A DNA stretch of 32,000 bases from Demequinaceae bacterium (GCA_965250005.1 OZ252279.1:1710001-1742000); one strand, 5' to 3'. Positions 18,930 through 27,640 are shown, counted from the first letter of the stretch. The notes: a model not told the origin generated them from the letters alone. Program-made: numbers and translations.

Positions 18930-20342
18930 CTACTTCTTGCCGCCGCCCTTGGGGTTTCGCTTGGGTGCGGCACGCTTGGTGGTCGGGCGAGCGGGAGCCT
19001 TCACATTCTTTCCGACGGGAGGCGGCTCGTCGGGCTCTGTGCCCCACGCACCCGTGTTGTCGCCCTCGAACTCTTCTTGTGCCCGTGCGGCGACTTCCGC
19101 AGTCAACGTGGGTAGCTCCGCGGTCATGTCGCTCACGCTGATGCCAAGCACGGCCTGTTCATCGGGGCGGCCGGGAAGCACGTTCTTGACGTAGGACGCC
19201 ACCGCAACCGGCATCGGCACGTCGCGTCCAGCCGCCTCCGCCAGGAACCACCGGTGGTCAAGCACCTCGTGATAGACCTGAGCCGGCTCGAGTTTCTGGC
19301 GGAACTCACGGGGGACCGCGCGCACGGTGGGCTCGAAGCAAGCCGTAAGCCATTGGTGAGCCGTGTAGCCCTCGTCCTCATCGTCGGGAGCCGTGACGGT
19401 CCGATATTCATCGAGGTCGTTGAGGAGCCGCCGGGCCTGGTTCTCCTGTACATCGAGCCCGGTGAGCCGCATCAACCGCCGCGCGTGGTGGCCAGCATCG
19501 ACAACTTTGGGACGAATCTCAAGAGCTTTGCCGTCGTCGGTCTCGTGCATGTCGAGCTCGCCGATGTCGAATCCAAGGTCGTTGAGCCCGCGCACCCGTT
19601 CGGCAATGTTCAGCGGGATGTTCGAGGCGAACGTCTCGGTCTCGGTCAGCGCCTGCCAAAGCACGTCGTAGCGCGCCTGCAGGCGGTCGGCGACCGAAGC
19701 GGGATCGACGCTCTCGTCAAGGTTCTCTTGGGCCTCCAGGTCGAACAACTCGCCCATGATGTTGGTGCGCGCCAGGTCGAGATCGTACGCGCGCTGTCCG
19801 TCGGTGAGAGCGTCGTGCATGTCGCCAGTCTCGGCGTCCACCAGATAGGCAGTGAACTCTGCCGCGTCGCGCCGAAACAGCGCGTTGGACAGCGACACAT
19901 CGCCCCAATAGAAGCCCAGCAGGTGCAGGCGAACCAGAAGCACCGCGAGCGCATCGATGAACCGTGCGACGGTTTCAGCGCGCAGCGACTGCGAGAACAG
20001 TGCGCGGTAAGGAAGCGAAAACTGCAGGTGCTCCGTGACGAGCGCGGCCTCAAGCGGCTCGCCGTCCGAGCCGACTCTCCCCGTCACCACGGCGAGCGGC
20101 ACGACGCACGGCGCGGCCAACTGGCGCAGGCGCCTCAGAAGCTGGAACTCGCGGTCGGCGATCTTGGGGCGGGTTTCCTTGACGGCGATCACCTTGTCGC
20201 CAAGTTTCACGAAACGCACCACGTGCCTGGAGATTCCGCGGGGGAGCGCCGTGACGGTGTCCTTGGGCCACTCCTCGAGCGGAATGGACCAGGGCAGTGC
20301 GATCAGCCCAGGGTCAGCAGCACCCTTGATTGTCAGCGCCAC
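18930..20342 (-). CDS. DUF4032 protein (kinase-like fold, LPS-kinase type) with a Lys/Pro/Ala-rich C-terminal tail
   Basis: DKVIAVKETRPKIADREFQLLRRLRQLAAPCVVPLAVV, LLVRLHLLGFYWGDVSLSNALFRRDAAEFTAYLVDAETGDMHDALTDGQRAYDLDLARTNIMGEL, and tail KAPARPTTKRAAPKRNPKGGGKK. Confidence 0.75.
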   Translation of the reverse strand: MALTIKGAADPGLIALPWSIPLEEWPKDTVTALPRGISRHVVRFVKLGDKVIAVKETRPKIADREFQLLRRLRQLAAPCVVPLAVVTGRVGSDGEPLEAALVTEHLQFSLPYRALFSQSLRAETVARFIDALAVLLVRLHLLGFYWGDVSLSNALFRRDAAEFTAYLVDAETGDMHDALTDGQRAYDLDLARTNIMGELFDLEAQENLDESVDPASVADRLQARYDVLWQALTETETFASNIPLNIAERVRGLNDLGFDIGELDMHETDDGKALEIRPKVVDAGHHARRLMRLTGLDVQENQARRLLNDLDEYRTVTAPDDEDEGYTAHQWLTACFEPTVRAVPREFRQKLEPAQVYHEVLDHRWFLAEAAGRDVPMPVAVASYVKNVLPGRPDEQAVLGISVSDMTAELPTLTAEVAARAQEEFEGDNTGAWGTEPDEPPPVGKNVKAPARPTTKRAAPKRNPKGGGKK

Positions 20343-20401
20343 ATTCCCTCCTCCGTCGCGGCCAGGTGGCCACCTTCGCCATCGTACCGGCGCAAGAATG
20401 C

Positions 20402-20435
20402 CAAGGGCGGGTCAACCGAAGTCGACCCGCCCTTG
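20402..20435 (-). terminator. Strong stem-loop downstream of the msmK/ugpC-type gene
   Basis: Perfect 12-bp inverted repeat CAAGGGCGGGTC - 10 nt - GACCCGCCCTTG, 25 bp beyond the stop of the minus-strand ATPase gene. No obvious T tract. Confidence 0.65.
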
Positions 20436-20459
20436 AACAGCAGCAGCAGTGCTTGGCGC

Positions 20460-21617
20460 CTACTTCTTCTTGGCGCGCGATTTGGTCGCCGGGGCCGCGA
20501 GGCGCTTACCCGTGGAGGCCGAGAACGTGTGCTGCTCGCCCTTGCGAATGGTGACCCAGATGGTGTCGCCTGCCTTGGGCACATCGCGCGGGTCGATGCG
20601 CACGATCATCTTCGCGTCGCCTGCGGCAAAGTGTAGGTCGCTGGCTTCGCCGAACTCGTTCGGAACCGTGCCGTAGACAAAGGCGTCCGAGCCGAGCTCT
20701 TCGACAAGGTCAACCTCGATCGGGATGGCACCGTCTGCGTTCGGCGTGGCACGGTCGAGCGCTTCGGGACGCAAGCCAAGCACGACGTGGTTCTTGTCTT
20801 CGGCTTTAAGTGCCGCGACGGCCTCTCGCGTGAGCGGGACCTTGGCGCGGCCAATCTGGGCTGCGCCGTCGAACACCTGGAAGGTCCCAAGGTTCATTGC
20901 GGGCGAACCGATGAAGCCAGCGACAAAGGCGTTTGCTGGGACGTCATACATTTCACGCGGCGTTCCGACCTGCTGGAGGACGCCATCCTTGAGGACCGCG
21001 ATGCGGTCACCCATGGTGAGGGCCTCGACCTGGTCGTGTGTGACGTACACGGTGGTGGTGCCCAGGCGGCGCTGGAGAGCAGCGATTTGGGTGCGAGTCT
21101 GAACGCGCAGTTTGGCGTCGAGGTTCGACAGCGGCTCGTCCATGAGGAACACCTGAGGTTGGCGCACGATAGCGCGACCCATGGCAACGCGCTGGCGCTG
21201 ACCACCGGACAGCGCGCGTGGGCGGCGGTCTAGGTATTCCGTGAGGTCAAGAAGCTTGGCGGCGGCTTCGACGCGCTCGCGTTGCTCTTGCTTGTCGACA
21301 CCGGCAATCTTGAGCGCGAAGCCCATGTTGTCGGCGACAGTCATGTGGGGATACAGCGCGTAGGACTGGAACACCATTGCGATGTCACGGTCCTTGGGCT
21401 GAACGTGGGTGACGTCGCGGTCGCCCACCAAGATCGAGCCTTCGTCGATGTCCTCAAGGCCTGCGAGCATTCGCAGTGAGGTTGACTTTCCACAACCCGA
21501 CGGACCAACGAGGACGAGAAACTCGCCGTCCTCAATCTTGATGTCAAGTTTGTTTACCGCGGGGCGTTCAGTGCCGGGGTAAATCCGCGTGGCCTTGTCG
21601 AATGTAACGGTTGCCAT
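20460..21617 (-). CDS. ABC transporter ATP-binding protein, MsmK/UgpC (carbohydrate) type
   Basis: [123 protein letters not shown], and a C-terminal TOBE-like region. Start trimmed from 21701. Confidence 0.93.
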   Translation of the reverse strand: MATVTFDKATRIYPGTERPAVNKLDIKIEDGEFLVLVGPSGCGKSTSLRMLAGLEDIDEGSILVGDRDVTHVQPKDRDIAMVFQSYALYPHMTVADNMGFALKIAGVDKQEQRERVEAAAKLLDLTEYLDRRPRALSGGQRQRVAMGRAIVRQPQVFLMDEPLSNLDAKLRVQTRTQIAALQRRLGTTTVYVTHDQVEALTMGDRIAVLKDGVLQQVGTPREMYDVPANAFVAGFIGSPAMNLGTFQVFDGAAQIGRAKVPLTREAVAALKAEDKNHVVLGLRPEALDRATPNADGAIPIEVDLVEELGSDAFVYGTVPNEFGEASDLHFAAGDAKMIVRIDPRDVPKAGDTIWVTIRKGEQHTFSASTGKRLAAPATKSRAKKK

Positions 21618-21665
21618 GTTGTTGCCTCCACCGACAGGTACGTGTCGGACGATCCGAAGTGAAGA

Positions 21666-21692
21666 GTGACGATGTGGTGACCACATCGTCAC
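21666..21692. promoter_or_regulatory. 27-bp perfect palindrome in the divergent ATPase/kinase intergenic region
   Basis: GTGACGATGTGGT-G-ACCACATCGTCAC: 13-bp arms around a single central base, 49 bp upstream of the ATPase start codon. Confidence 0.6.
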
Positions 21693-21795
21693 TGCCGCCA
21701 CAGGCGTGACGGCTCACTCATGATGCCACAGGTTGCTCGCACGTTGAACTTGAGTTACGGGGCAATTTGCATTTTCGGACGGTACGGTGCTTGTC

Positions 21796-23307
21796 ATGAG
21801 CAAAGCGGTTGAGGAGCCAGGGGTTGTCATCGGTGGTTACACGGTTCTTGGCACCCTGGGCAAGGGCGGATCGGGCAATGTCTATCACGTCGAGAACGCC
21901 GGCGGGATCGATGGCGCGCTCAAGTTGATCGACGATCCGTCGGACGACGCCGCCGTCGCTCGACTGCGCCGCGAGGTCGAGTCGCTCAAGACGCTGCACC
22001 ACCACGCAGTGCCCGCCGTGCTTGACGCCGAGTTCGACGGCGATCAGAAGTTCGTGGTCTACCAATTCGTCGAGGGACAGACGCTCACGGCCTACATCGC
22101 CGAGTACGGCCCGCTCCGCGACAGCGAACTTGCCGAGTTCGCGGCGACTCTCGAGGACGCGCTAGAGGCCGTGCATCGCGAGGGCGTTGTACACCGCGAC
22201 GTCACGCCAGCGAACGTGATGATGAACTCTCGGGGACCCATGCTTATCGACTTTGGTCTGTCTCAGCTTATGGGGGACGACCGGCTGACCCGAACTGGGC
22301 TTGTGAGCGGCACCGTCGGCTACGTTGCGCCGGAGGTAATTGATGGCGGGGAGCCAGACAAGACCGCCGACCTGTGGTCGTGGGCTGCGGTGGTCGCCTT
22401 TGCTGCGATGGGCGCGTCGCCCTTTGGGCACGGCAAAGGTGCGCTGCGCCGAACTCTTGAAGGTAAAGCGGAACTACCGAGCATCCAGGGAGCCGACGAA
22501 CTCGCTGCGGCGCTGAGCCCCAATCTCGGCTCCCGACCCGCACCGAACGTGGTGGTGGCCGCACTACGCGGAATGGGAGACGGGCTCGGAACTGAAGAGA
22601 TGTACGCGCCGTCACCTGAGCGTCGCAAGGCCCGCAAGGTCGTTCCCACGACGGTGATGGAAACCGAGGACTCCGGGATCGAGTGGGACGATACGGACGA
22701 ACTCCCCGAGATCGCCGAATCCCGGTCGTCGGTTATCGGGACGTGGGCCGTGGCGCTCGCGTTGGCCGCGGCGATTGCGCCGCTCGTGGCGTTCTTCAGC
22801 ATGGCGGGCCTAGCCGTGATGGGCCGCGCCGAGCATCGTCGCGTAGCGGGTCTTTCCGCAGCCAGAGCTAAGCGTGGCGAGCGCCGTCGAGACACCGCTT
22901 TGGTGAACGCCAGCGTGCCGTGGTTCCTGCTCAGGTCGACGGCAGAAGTGCTCCCTGCGGGAATACTGGCGGTTGTCGTTGGGGGCGCGTGGGCAGGTTT
23001 CTGGTGGTGGTTAGTGAGTTCGGAACGTCTCGTAATTGTCGAGGGCGAAGCGGGAGTGCTCTGGGGCGAGGCGGTCGCACTGGCGACGGCAGGCGCGGGC
23101 GCGATGGCGCTGTTGTGGTGGGGACCATTGTCTGGAGCGACGCGCGACGGGGTGAGGCGCGGAGCTCTGCTGATTTCCGGATCCGAGACGGCCCGGCGCG
23201 GTTGGATTGCGCTCGCCGTAATCCTCATCGGCGCGTTGGGGGTGGCCATCGGGCTGCAGGCGGAGCCATGGACGTGGCCGCTACCGCCCTTGCCGGATTC
23301 CCACTAG
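21796..23307 (+). CDS. Membrane-associated Ser/Thr protein kinase without PASTA domains
   Basis: YTVLGTLGKGGSGNVYHVENAGG.DGALKLID, HREGVVHRDVTPANVMMNSRGPMLIDFGLSQL, GTVGYVAPEVI, then about four or five hydrophobic segments C-terminally. ATG at 21796 is more likely than GTG at 21787. Confidence 0.85.
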   Translation: MSKAVEEPGVVIGGYTVLGTLGKGGSGNVYHVENAGGIDGALKLIDDPSDDAAVARLRREVESLKTLHHHAVPAVLDAEFDGDQKFVVYQFVEGQTLTAYIAEYGPLRDSELAEFAATLEDALEAVHREGVVHRDVTPANVMMNSRGPMLIDFGLSQLMGDDRLTRTGLVSGTVGYVAPEVIDGGEPDKTADLWSWAAVVAFAAMGASPFGHGKGALRRTLEGKAELPSIQGADELAAALSPNLGSRPAPNVVVAALRGMGDGLGTEEMYAPSPERRKARKVVPTTVMETEDSGIEWDDTDELPEIAESRSSVIGTWAVALALAAAIAPLVAFFSMAGLAVMGRAEHRRVAGLSAARAKRGERRRDTALVNASVPWFLLRSTAEVLPAGILAVVVGGAWAGFWWWLVSSERLVIVEGEAGVLWGEAVALATAGAGAMALLWWGPLSGATRDGVRRGALLISGSETARRGWIALAVILIGALGVAIGLQAEPWTWPLPPLPDSH

Positions 23308-23331
23308 AGGGGCACCTCGATCGTGCCCCTC
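23307..23331 (+). terminator. Stem-loop at the end of the kinase gene
   Basis: GAGGGGCAC-CTCGATC-GTGCCCCTC: perfect 9-bp stem starting at the last base of the TAG stop. Confidence 0.6.
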
Positions 23332-23456
23332 GCGCCTCCGACCTCTGAGTCTCTGAAACGGGCCCAACGTCCCGAGAGCGACGCGGCCGGGAGCCTCTAG
23401 GATGAGTCGGATGCCCGTAGGGACTATTTGCAAACCGCCATGGGGAGGAACACAGG

Positions 23457-23939
23457 TTGTTCACCAAAGACCGGTTCGAGGCGGCGCAGCCGTGGCTCTC
23501 CCTTGTTGTGCGGCTCGCAGCCGCTGTCATCATGATTTGGGCCGGGTTCGCCAAACTCCAGGACCTGCCCGCAAGCGTTCGCGCTGTGCGGGCGTACGAA
23601 CTCGTTCCAGAGACGTTTGTTCCGCTCATAGGCAATTCGCTTCCATTCGTAGAGATTCTTGTGGGCTTCTTCCTGCTCTTTGGACTGCTGACGCGGGCGA
23701 CGGCGATCGCGTACATGGCGATGCTAGTCGGCTTCCTGATCGGGCTGGTATGGGCTTGGTCGCACGGACTCAACATTGACTGCGGCTGCTTTGGCGGGGG
23801 CGGAGAACTGGCCGAAGGCGAGGCCGACTATGCGGGCCACCTGATCGAGAGGCTCGGCTTCATGGCACTCGGCACCTGGCTCATCATTTGGCCCCGCAGC
23901 AAGTTCTCAGCGGACGGATGGCTCCGGCCAGCAAGCTAG
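23457..23939 (+). CDS. MauE/DoxX-family membrane protein
   Basis: Four-helix membrane protein: VVRLAAAVIMIWAGFAKLQDLPASVRAVRAYELVPE, LPFVEILVGFFLLFGLLTR, and SHGLNIDCGCFGGG (CxC as seen in MauE-like proteins). Confidence 0.85.
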   Translation: MFTKDRFEAAQPWLSLVVRLAAAVIMIWAGFAKLQDLPASVRAVRAYELVPETFVPLIGNSLPFVEILVGFFLLFGLLTRATAIAYMAMLVGFLIGLVWAWSHGLNIDCGCFGGGGELAEGEADYAGHLIERLGFMALGTWLIIWPRSKFSADGWLRPAS

Positions 23940-23987
23940 CGGACCGCAGATAAGATGGCACCAGCAAATCCAGACTGGACGGGGTAG

Positions 23988-24845
23988 ATGACGATGGCGA
24001 ACAAGGCGAAGAACAAGGCCGCATCAGCAGCGGCGCGGCAGCGAGCCGCAGAACTGGCAGCGAGCGAGAAGCGCAAGAGTGCGCTCGTCGTCACCTTCAC
24101 GGTTGTAGGCGCGCTGTTGGCAGTGGCGCTGATCGTGTGGGCCGTCATGTTCATCATGGGCAGCAAGCCCGGTCAGGTCGCGGGGCTAGACGTCGAACTC
24201 TACGATTCAGGCGTGGTGACCGTGCCTTCTTCGGCAGACGAGACGGGAGGCTTCGTTGTGGGGATGACGGGCATTGTTGGGCAGGATCTCCCGGCCGAAG
24301 GCACGGTCCGCGTCGACATCTACGAAGACTTCATGTGCCCCAATTGCGCCACCCTGGAACGAGTGACGCACTTTGACATTGAAGAGCTCCGTGAGCAGGG
24401 ACTCATCACAGTCGCGTACCACCCGATCTCGATCCTCAACCGCTTCTCTGAGGGAACCGCATATCCGACGCGCGCCGCACAGGCGTTGGCAACAGTCGCG
24501 GAATATGACCCCGAGCACTTTGACGAGTTCTCACTTCAACTATTCGGGAACCAGCCCGCAGAGAACACCATTGGCTTGACCAACACAGAGATCGACAATT
24601 TTGCTCGTGCCGCTGGCGTGAGCGAGGAAGCGATTCTGAAAATTCGTGATGGCGAGTTCACTCGATGGGTGGCGCAGGCGACGGAGGCGTCCTCGATCGC
24701 GGGAGTCCGCGGGACCCCGACGATCTTGTTCGACGGCGCTCCAGTTTCGCCGGAGTGGTGGGTAGAAGGCCAACTTCGCGCGGCCATTGAGGACTTCATT
24801 GACTTCAAGGCGCTCGATGACGCGTTGGAGGAAGACGCCGCCTAG
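23988..24845 (+). CDS. DsbA-like thioredoxin-fold disulfide oxidoreductase, membrane-anchored
   Basis: N-terminal TM (ALLAVALIVWAVMFIMG), active site VDIYEDFMCPNCATLERV (CPNC), and the cis-Pro region GVRGTPTILFDG. Confidence 0.92.
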   Translation: MTMANKAKNKAASAAARQRAAELAASEKRKSALVVTFTVVGALLAVALIVWAVMFIMGSKPGQVAGLDVELYDSGVVTVPSSADETGGFVVGMTGIVGQDLPAEGTVRVDIYEDFMCPNCATLERVTHFDIEELREQGLITVAYHPISILNRFSEGTAYPTRAAQALATVAEYDPEHFDEFSLQLFGNQPAENTIGLTNTEIDNFARAAGVSEEAILKIRDGEFTRWVAQATEASSIAGVRGTPTILFDGAPVSPEWWVEGQLRAAIEDFIDFKALDDALEEDAA

Positions 24846-24917
24846 CCCTCGCGATTTTCGCGTGCTCTGAGTGAGGCATACTGTTTGCAATGCCGCGCGC
24901 TCGCGCGCACGGACCCC

Positions 24918-24990
24918 GCTGGCATGGCGCAATTGGTAGCGCACCCGTCTTGTAAACGGGAGGTTGCGGGTTCAAGTCCCGCTGCCAGCT
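24918..24990 (+). tRNA. tRNA-Thr (anticodon TGT), 3' CCA not encoded
   Basis: Acceptor stem GCTGGCA...TGCCAGC plus T discriminator, anticodon arm CCCGT-CTTGTAA-ACGGG, and T arm GCGGGTTCAAGTCCCGC. Confidence 0.95.
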
Positions 24991-25034
24991 CAAGTGCGAT
25001 AGGGGCTTTTACCAGGCCGAATGTCTCTGACGTA

Positions 25035-25049
25035 CCCCATTAAATGGGG
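25035..25049. repeat. Short perfect hairpin after tRNA-Thr
   Basis: CCCCAT-TAA-ATGGGG, 45 bp after the tRNA 3' end. No T tract, so a terminator role is uncertain. Confidence 0.35.
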
Positions 25050-25215
25050 GCGATCGTGTCGTCCCCCGCACTTATGGGGCAGAAACCGCGTCATAATTGG
25101 CTACCACCCCTCTCTCATGTAGTAACGGCAAACAGCCGATAGTACAATCCAAAGGCGGATGCGAGAGTCACTCGCTCCCGCAACGCTCCAAGCAAGTCTC
25201 GAAAGGAACATCATT

Positions 25216-25614
25216 ATGACCACGCGAAAGAAGAAGAATTCGCGCAAGTCCCTGGCCATCGCACTCGGCATCGTCGGCGTCGCAGGCCTGAGCATGGCAT
25301 CTGCCGCTCAGCTCTCTGTAACGTCCAATGACGTCTCAGCAGGAACGGCGGATGTCGTTTCGTGTGACACCGACGGCGTCACCGTCTCGTACACCACCGC
25401 GTTTGCGGCAACCCAGTACGAGGTTTCGGACATTGATGTTACCGGCGTGGCCGCGGCTTGTGTAGGCGACACGATTTCCATCACCGTTCGCAACAGTGGC
25501 GGCACGACAATCTTCACCGGCTCGCAGGTCGTTTCGGGCACGACAGAGTCGTTTGGCAGCGTTGATGTAGCTGCTGAAGATGTCGAGGATGTGGATGTAG
25601 CAATCTTCCAGTAG
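25216..25614 (+). CDS. Small exported protein (132 aa) of the SipW-type/alternate-signal class
   Basis: MTTRKKKNSRKSLAIALGIVGVAGLSMASA-AQLSVTSNDVSAGTADVVSCDTDGVTVSYTT..., with a basic N-region, hydrophobic core and AxA site. Adjacent to a SipW-like peptidase. ATG at 25216 follows an AAAGGAA RBS. Confidence 0.75.
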   Translation: MTTRKKKNSRKSLAIALGIVGVAGLSMASAAQLSVTSNDVSAGTADVVSCDTDGVTVSYTTAFAATQYEVSDIDVTGVAAACVGDTISITVRNSGGTTIFTGSQVVSGTTESFGSVDVAAEDVEDVDVAIFQ

Positions 25615-25635
25615 GCAATTGCGAGTGGAACACTC

Positions 25636-26205
25636 ATGATTCGGCATGCGACGAGTACCGGTGTGAAGAACTCACGCCGGTATTTGTCGTTGCTGGGCAA
25701 CTTGTTGCTTTGGGCCGTGATCCTGGTTGATGCGTGGTTCTTGTGGCCCACCGCTCTCGGCGGCGCCACGTCGCTGGTGATTGTCTCGGGAAATTCGATG
25801 TTCCCGACGTATGAGGACGGCGACCTGGTGGTCGCGAGGGTGGGCGAACCCTCAGTAGGAGATGTCGTTGTGTACTCCCCCGAAATGCTGGGAGGAGCGC
25901 GCGTGGTCCACCGCATCGTCGGTGGCAACGCAGACGACGGGTGGGAGATCCAAGGCGACGCCAATTCGTATGCGGACCAGTGGCGTCCAGGAAACGACGA
26001 AATTGTTGGCGTGGTCGAGCTTCACTACGCACGCGTAGGGCTGTTCGCGACACTCCTGATGACCCCGTGGACCTGGGGATTTGTGTTGCTCGCAGCCGTG
26101 GGGTTGATCTTGTGGCCCGATGATCACGACGACGAAGATGGGGCCGCGCCGGTCGCTGCGCGACAAGAAGGGGCACCACTTGCGTCGGTGAGCCCGCGCA
26201 CATGA
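25636..26205 (+). CDS. SipW-like signal peptidase I (S26B type, predicted Ser/His dyad)
   Basis: LVIVSGNSMFPTYEDGDLVVARVGEPSVGDVVVYSPEMLGGARVVHRIVGG..DDGWEIQGDANSYADQW. There is one TM segment before and one after the catalytic region, and VVHRI replaces the Lys-containing motif of bacterial SPase I. Confidence 0.85.
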   Translation: MIRHATSTGVKNSRRYLSLLGNLLLWAVILVDAWFLWPTALGGATSLVIVSGNSMFPTYEDGDLVVARVGEPSVGDVVVYSPEMLGGARVVHRIVGGNADDGWEIQGDANSYADQWRPGNDEIVGVVELHYARVGLFATLLMTPWTWGFVLLAAVGLILWPDDHDDEDGAAPVAARQEGAPLASVSPRT

Positions 26206-26972
26206 AGCGCCGGAAAGTGGTGGGGTTACTCGCGCTTGCGGGAATCGCGCTCGTTGCCGTGGGATCGGCCAGGGCGGTGCAGCTCTCGGTTGCTTCATCG
26301 AACTTGCAATCGATTTCCGAATCCAGGTGCGATGATGCGACTCTCGCCGCGCGGAACATCACCCTCAATACAGGTTCGTCTTTCGATGGCGTGCGGATCG
26401 ATCCGATCGACGTAGCGTGTGACGCGCTCGGGATCACCGTCATCGGGTTCCAATCGGACGGAACGCAGGTGTTTTCGGTAAGTGGCACTGCCTCGACGGG
26501 CCAGAATGACATTGCGGTCACTACGTATGATGCAACCCTCGTAGCTGTCGTTGCCGTGCTTGTGGATGGTTACGGGATTCCCAACACGTGGACGTACGTA
26601 CCACAGGCGATTACGTGCGCTCCGTACAAGAAGAACGGCCAGCCGCACCCCGCCAAGCAGTGCACAGTGATAGCGGAGACGTACTCATCCGTCTCGGGAA
26701 CGACCCCCAATCAGAACCAACAGGTGGGCTTCGCCGTCAACTCGACTGCACAGTCGTGGCGAACGTCGGTGGATTTCACGAACGCCAACTTTGAGTTCCC
26801 CGTCTTTTGGGTGGGCCAAATCGGCGGCACTGTTCAACTCGCGCCCGGATACACGTGCCCCGGCGGCGCGATCTCGAGCATCACACTGGCTCCCGTTGGG
26901 GGCAGTTCCGCAGGAACAATCGTGGTCAGCGAGTCCGGTACGGTCGCAGGAGCAACGGAGCTCTGCCCCTAG
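26202..26972 (+). CDS. Exported cysteine-rich protein (256 aa), partner of the SipW-like peptidase
   Basis: [48 protein letters not shown].... Same QLSV.S motif after the predicted cleavage site as the 25216 protein. ATG overlaps the peptidase stop by 4 bp, and six Cys follow the signal. Confidence 0.75.
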   Translation: MKRRKVVGLLALAGIALVAVGSARAVQLSVASSNLQSISESRCDDATLAARNITLNTGSSFDGVRIDPIDVACDALGITVIGFQSDGTQVFSVSGTASTGQNDIAVTTYDATLVAVVAVLVDGYGIPNTWTYVPQAITCAPYKKNGQPHPAKQCTVIAETYSSVSGTTPNQNQQVGFAVNSTAQSWRTSVDFTNANFEFPVFWVGQIGGTVQLAPGYTCPGGAISSITLAPVGGSSAGTIVVSESGTVAGATELCP

Positions 26973-27640
26973 GTCGGGGAGCCCCACTCAATAGGGCTTG
27001 CGCCCTGATCGGCGAGCAGGGCATTGGTGCGTGAGAACGGACGCGAGCCAAAGAACCCTCGCGAGGCGCTCAGCGGGCTCGGGTGGGCGCTCTCGATGTG
27101 CGCAGTCTTTGCAAGCGCGGGTGCGAGCGCCCGCGCGTCCCGCCCCCACAGAATCGCGACCACGGGACCTCCACGCTGCACGAGGGCGCTGATCGCGAGG
27201 GCGGTGACTTCTTCCCATCCGCGCCGCTGATGCGACCTGGGCTTGCCGGGCTCCACCGTGAGCACCCGATTGAGGAGCATGACGCCCTGAGCCGCCCAGT
27301 GGGAGAGGTCGCCGTCGTTGAGCACCTCGCCGGTGTCTTCGCGAAGTTCGCGGGCAATGTTGCGCAGCGAGCGCGGAAGGGGACGTCCGGCCGCTACCGA
27401 GAAACTCAGGCCAACCGGGTCCCCAGGCGTCGGGTAGGGGTCCTGTCCGAGCAGCAGCACGCGCACGTTGGCCATTGGGGTTTCAAAGGCCCGCAGAACG
27501 GCCGCGGGCGCTGGCAGGTACGGCCGACCCGCAGTCACCTCGCCGTCAAGGAACTCTGCCACCTCGGCGAAGCGACCCGCAGCCGGTTGAAGCGCTTCGA
27601 TCCAGTCGGGAGCCACCTGGTCGCGCCAACTGTTTGACAT
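26969..27640 (-). CDS. ung: Uracil-DNA glycosylase, family 1
   Basis: [61 protein letters not shown], and [26 protein letters not shown]. Confidence 0.96.
   Translation of the reverse strand: MSNSWRDQVAPDWIEALQPAAGRFAEVAEFLDGEVTAGRPYLPAPAAVLRAFETPMANVRVLLLGQDPYPTPGDPVGLSFSVAAGRPLPRSLRNIARELREDTGEVLNDGDLSHWAAQGVMLLNRVLTVEPGKPRSHQRRGWEEVTALAISALVQRGGPVVAILWGRDARALAPALAKTAHIESAHPSPLSASRGFFGSRPFSRTNALLADQGASPIEWGSPT

Noticed and set aside
24805-24993. Minus-strand 62-aa ORF (MSWQRDLNPQPPVYKTGALPIAP...) over the tRNA
   Set aside because: It is a translation of the tRNA-Thr gene, a well-known spurious protein type in databases.
26969-27640. Possible unusual uracil-DNA glycosylase active site (PYPTPG in place of PYHGPG)
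   Set aside because: This variant motif is common in actinobacterial family 1 Ung, so it is not novel.
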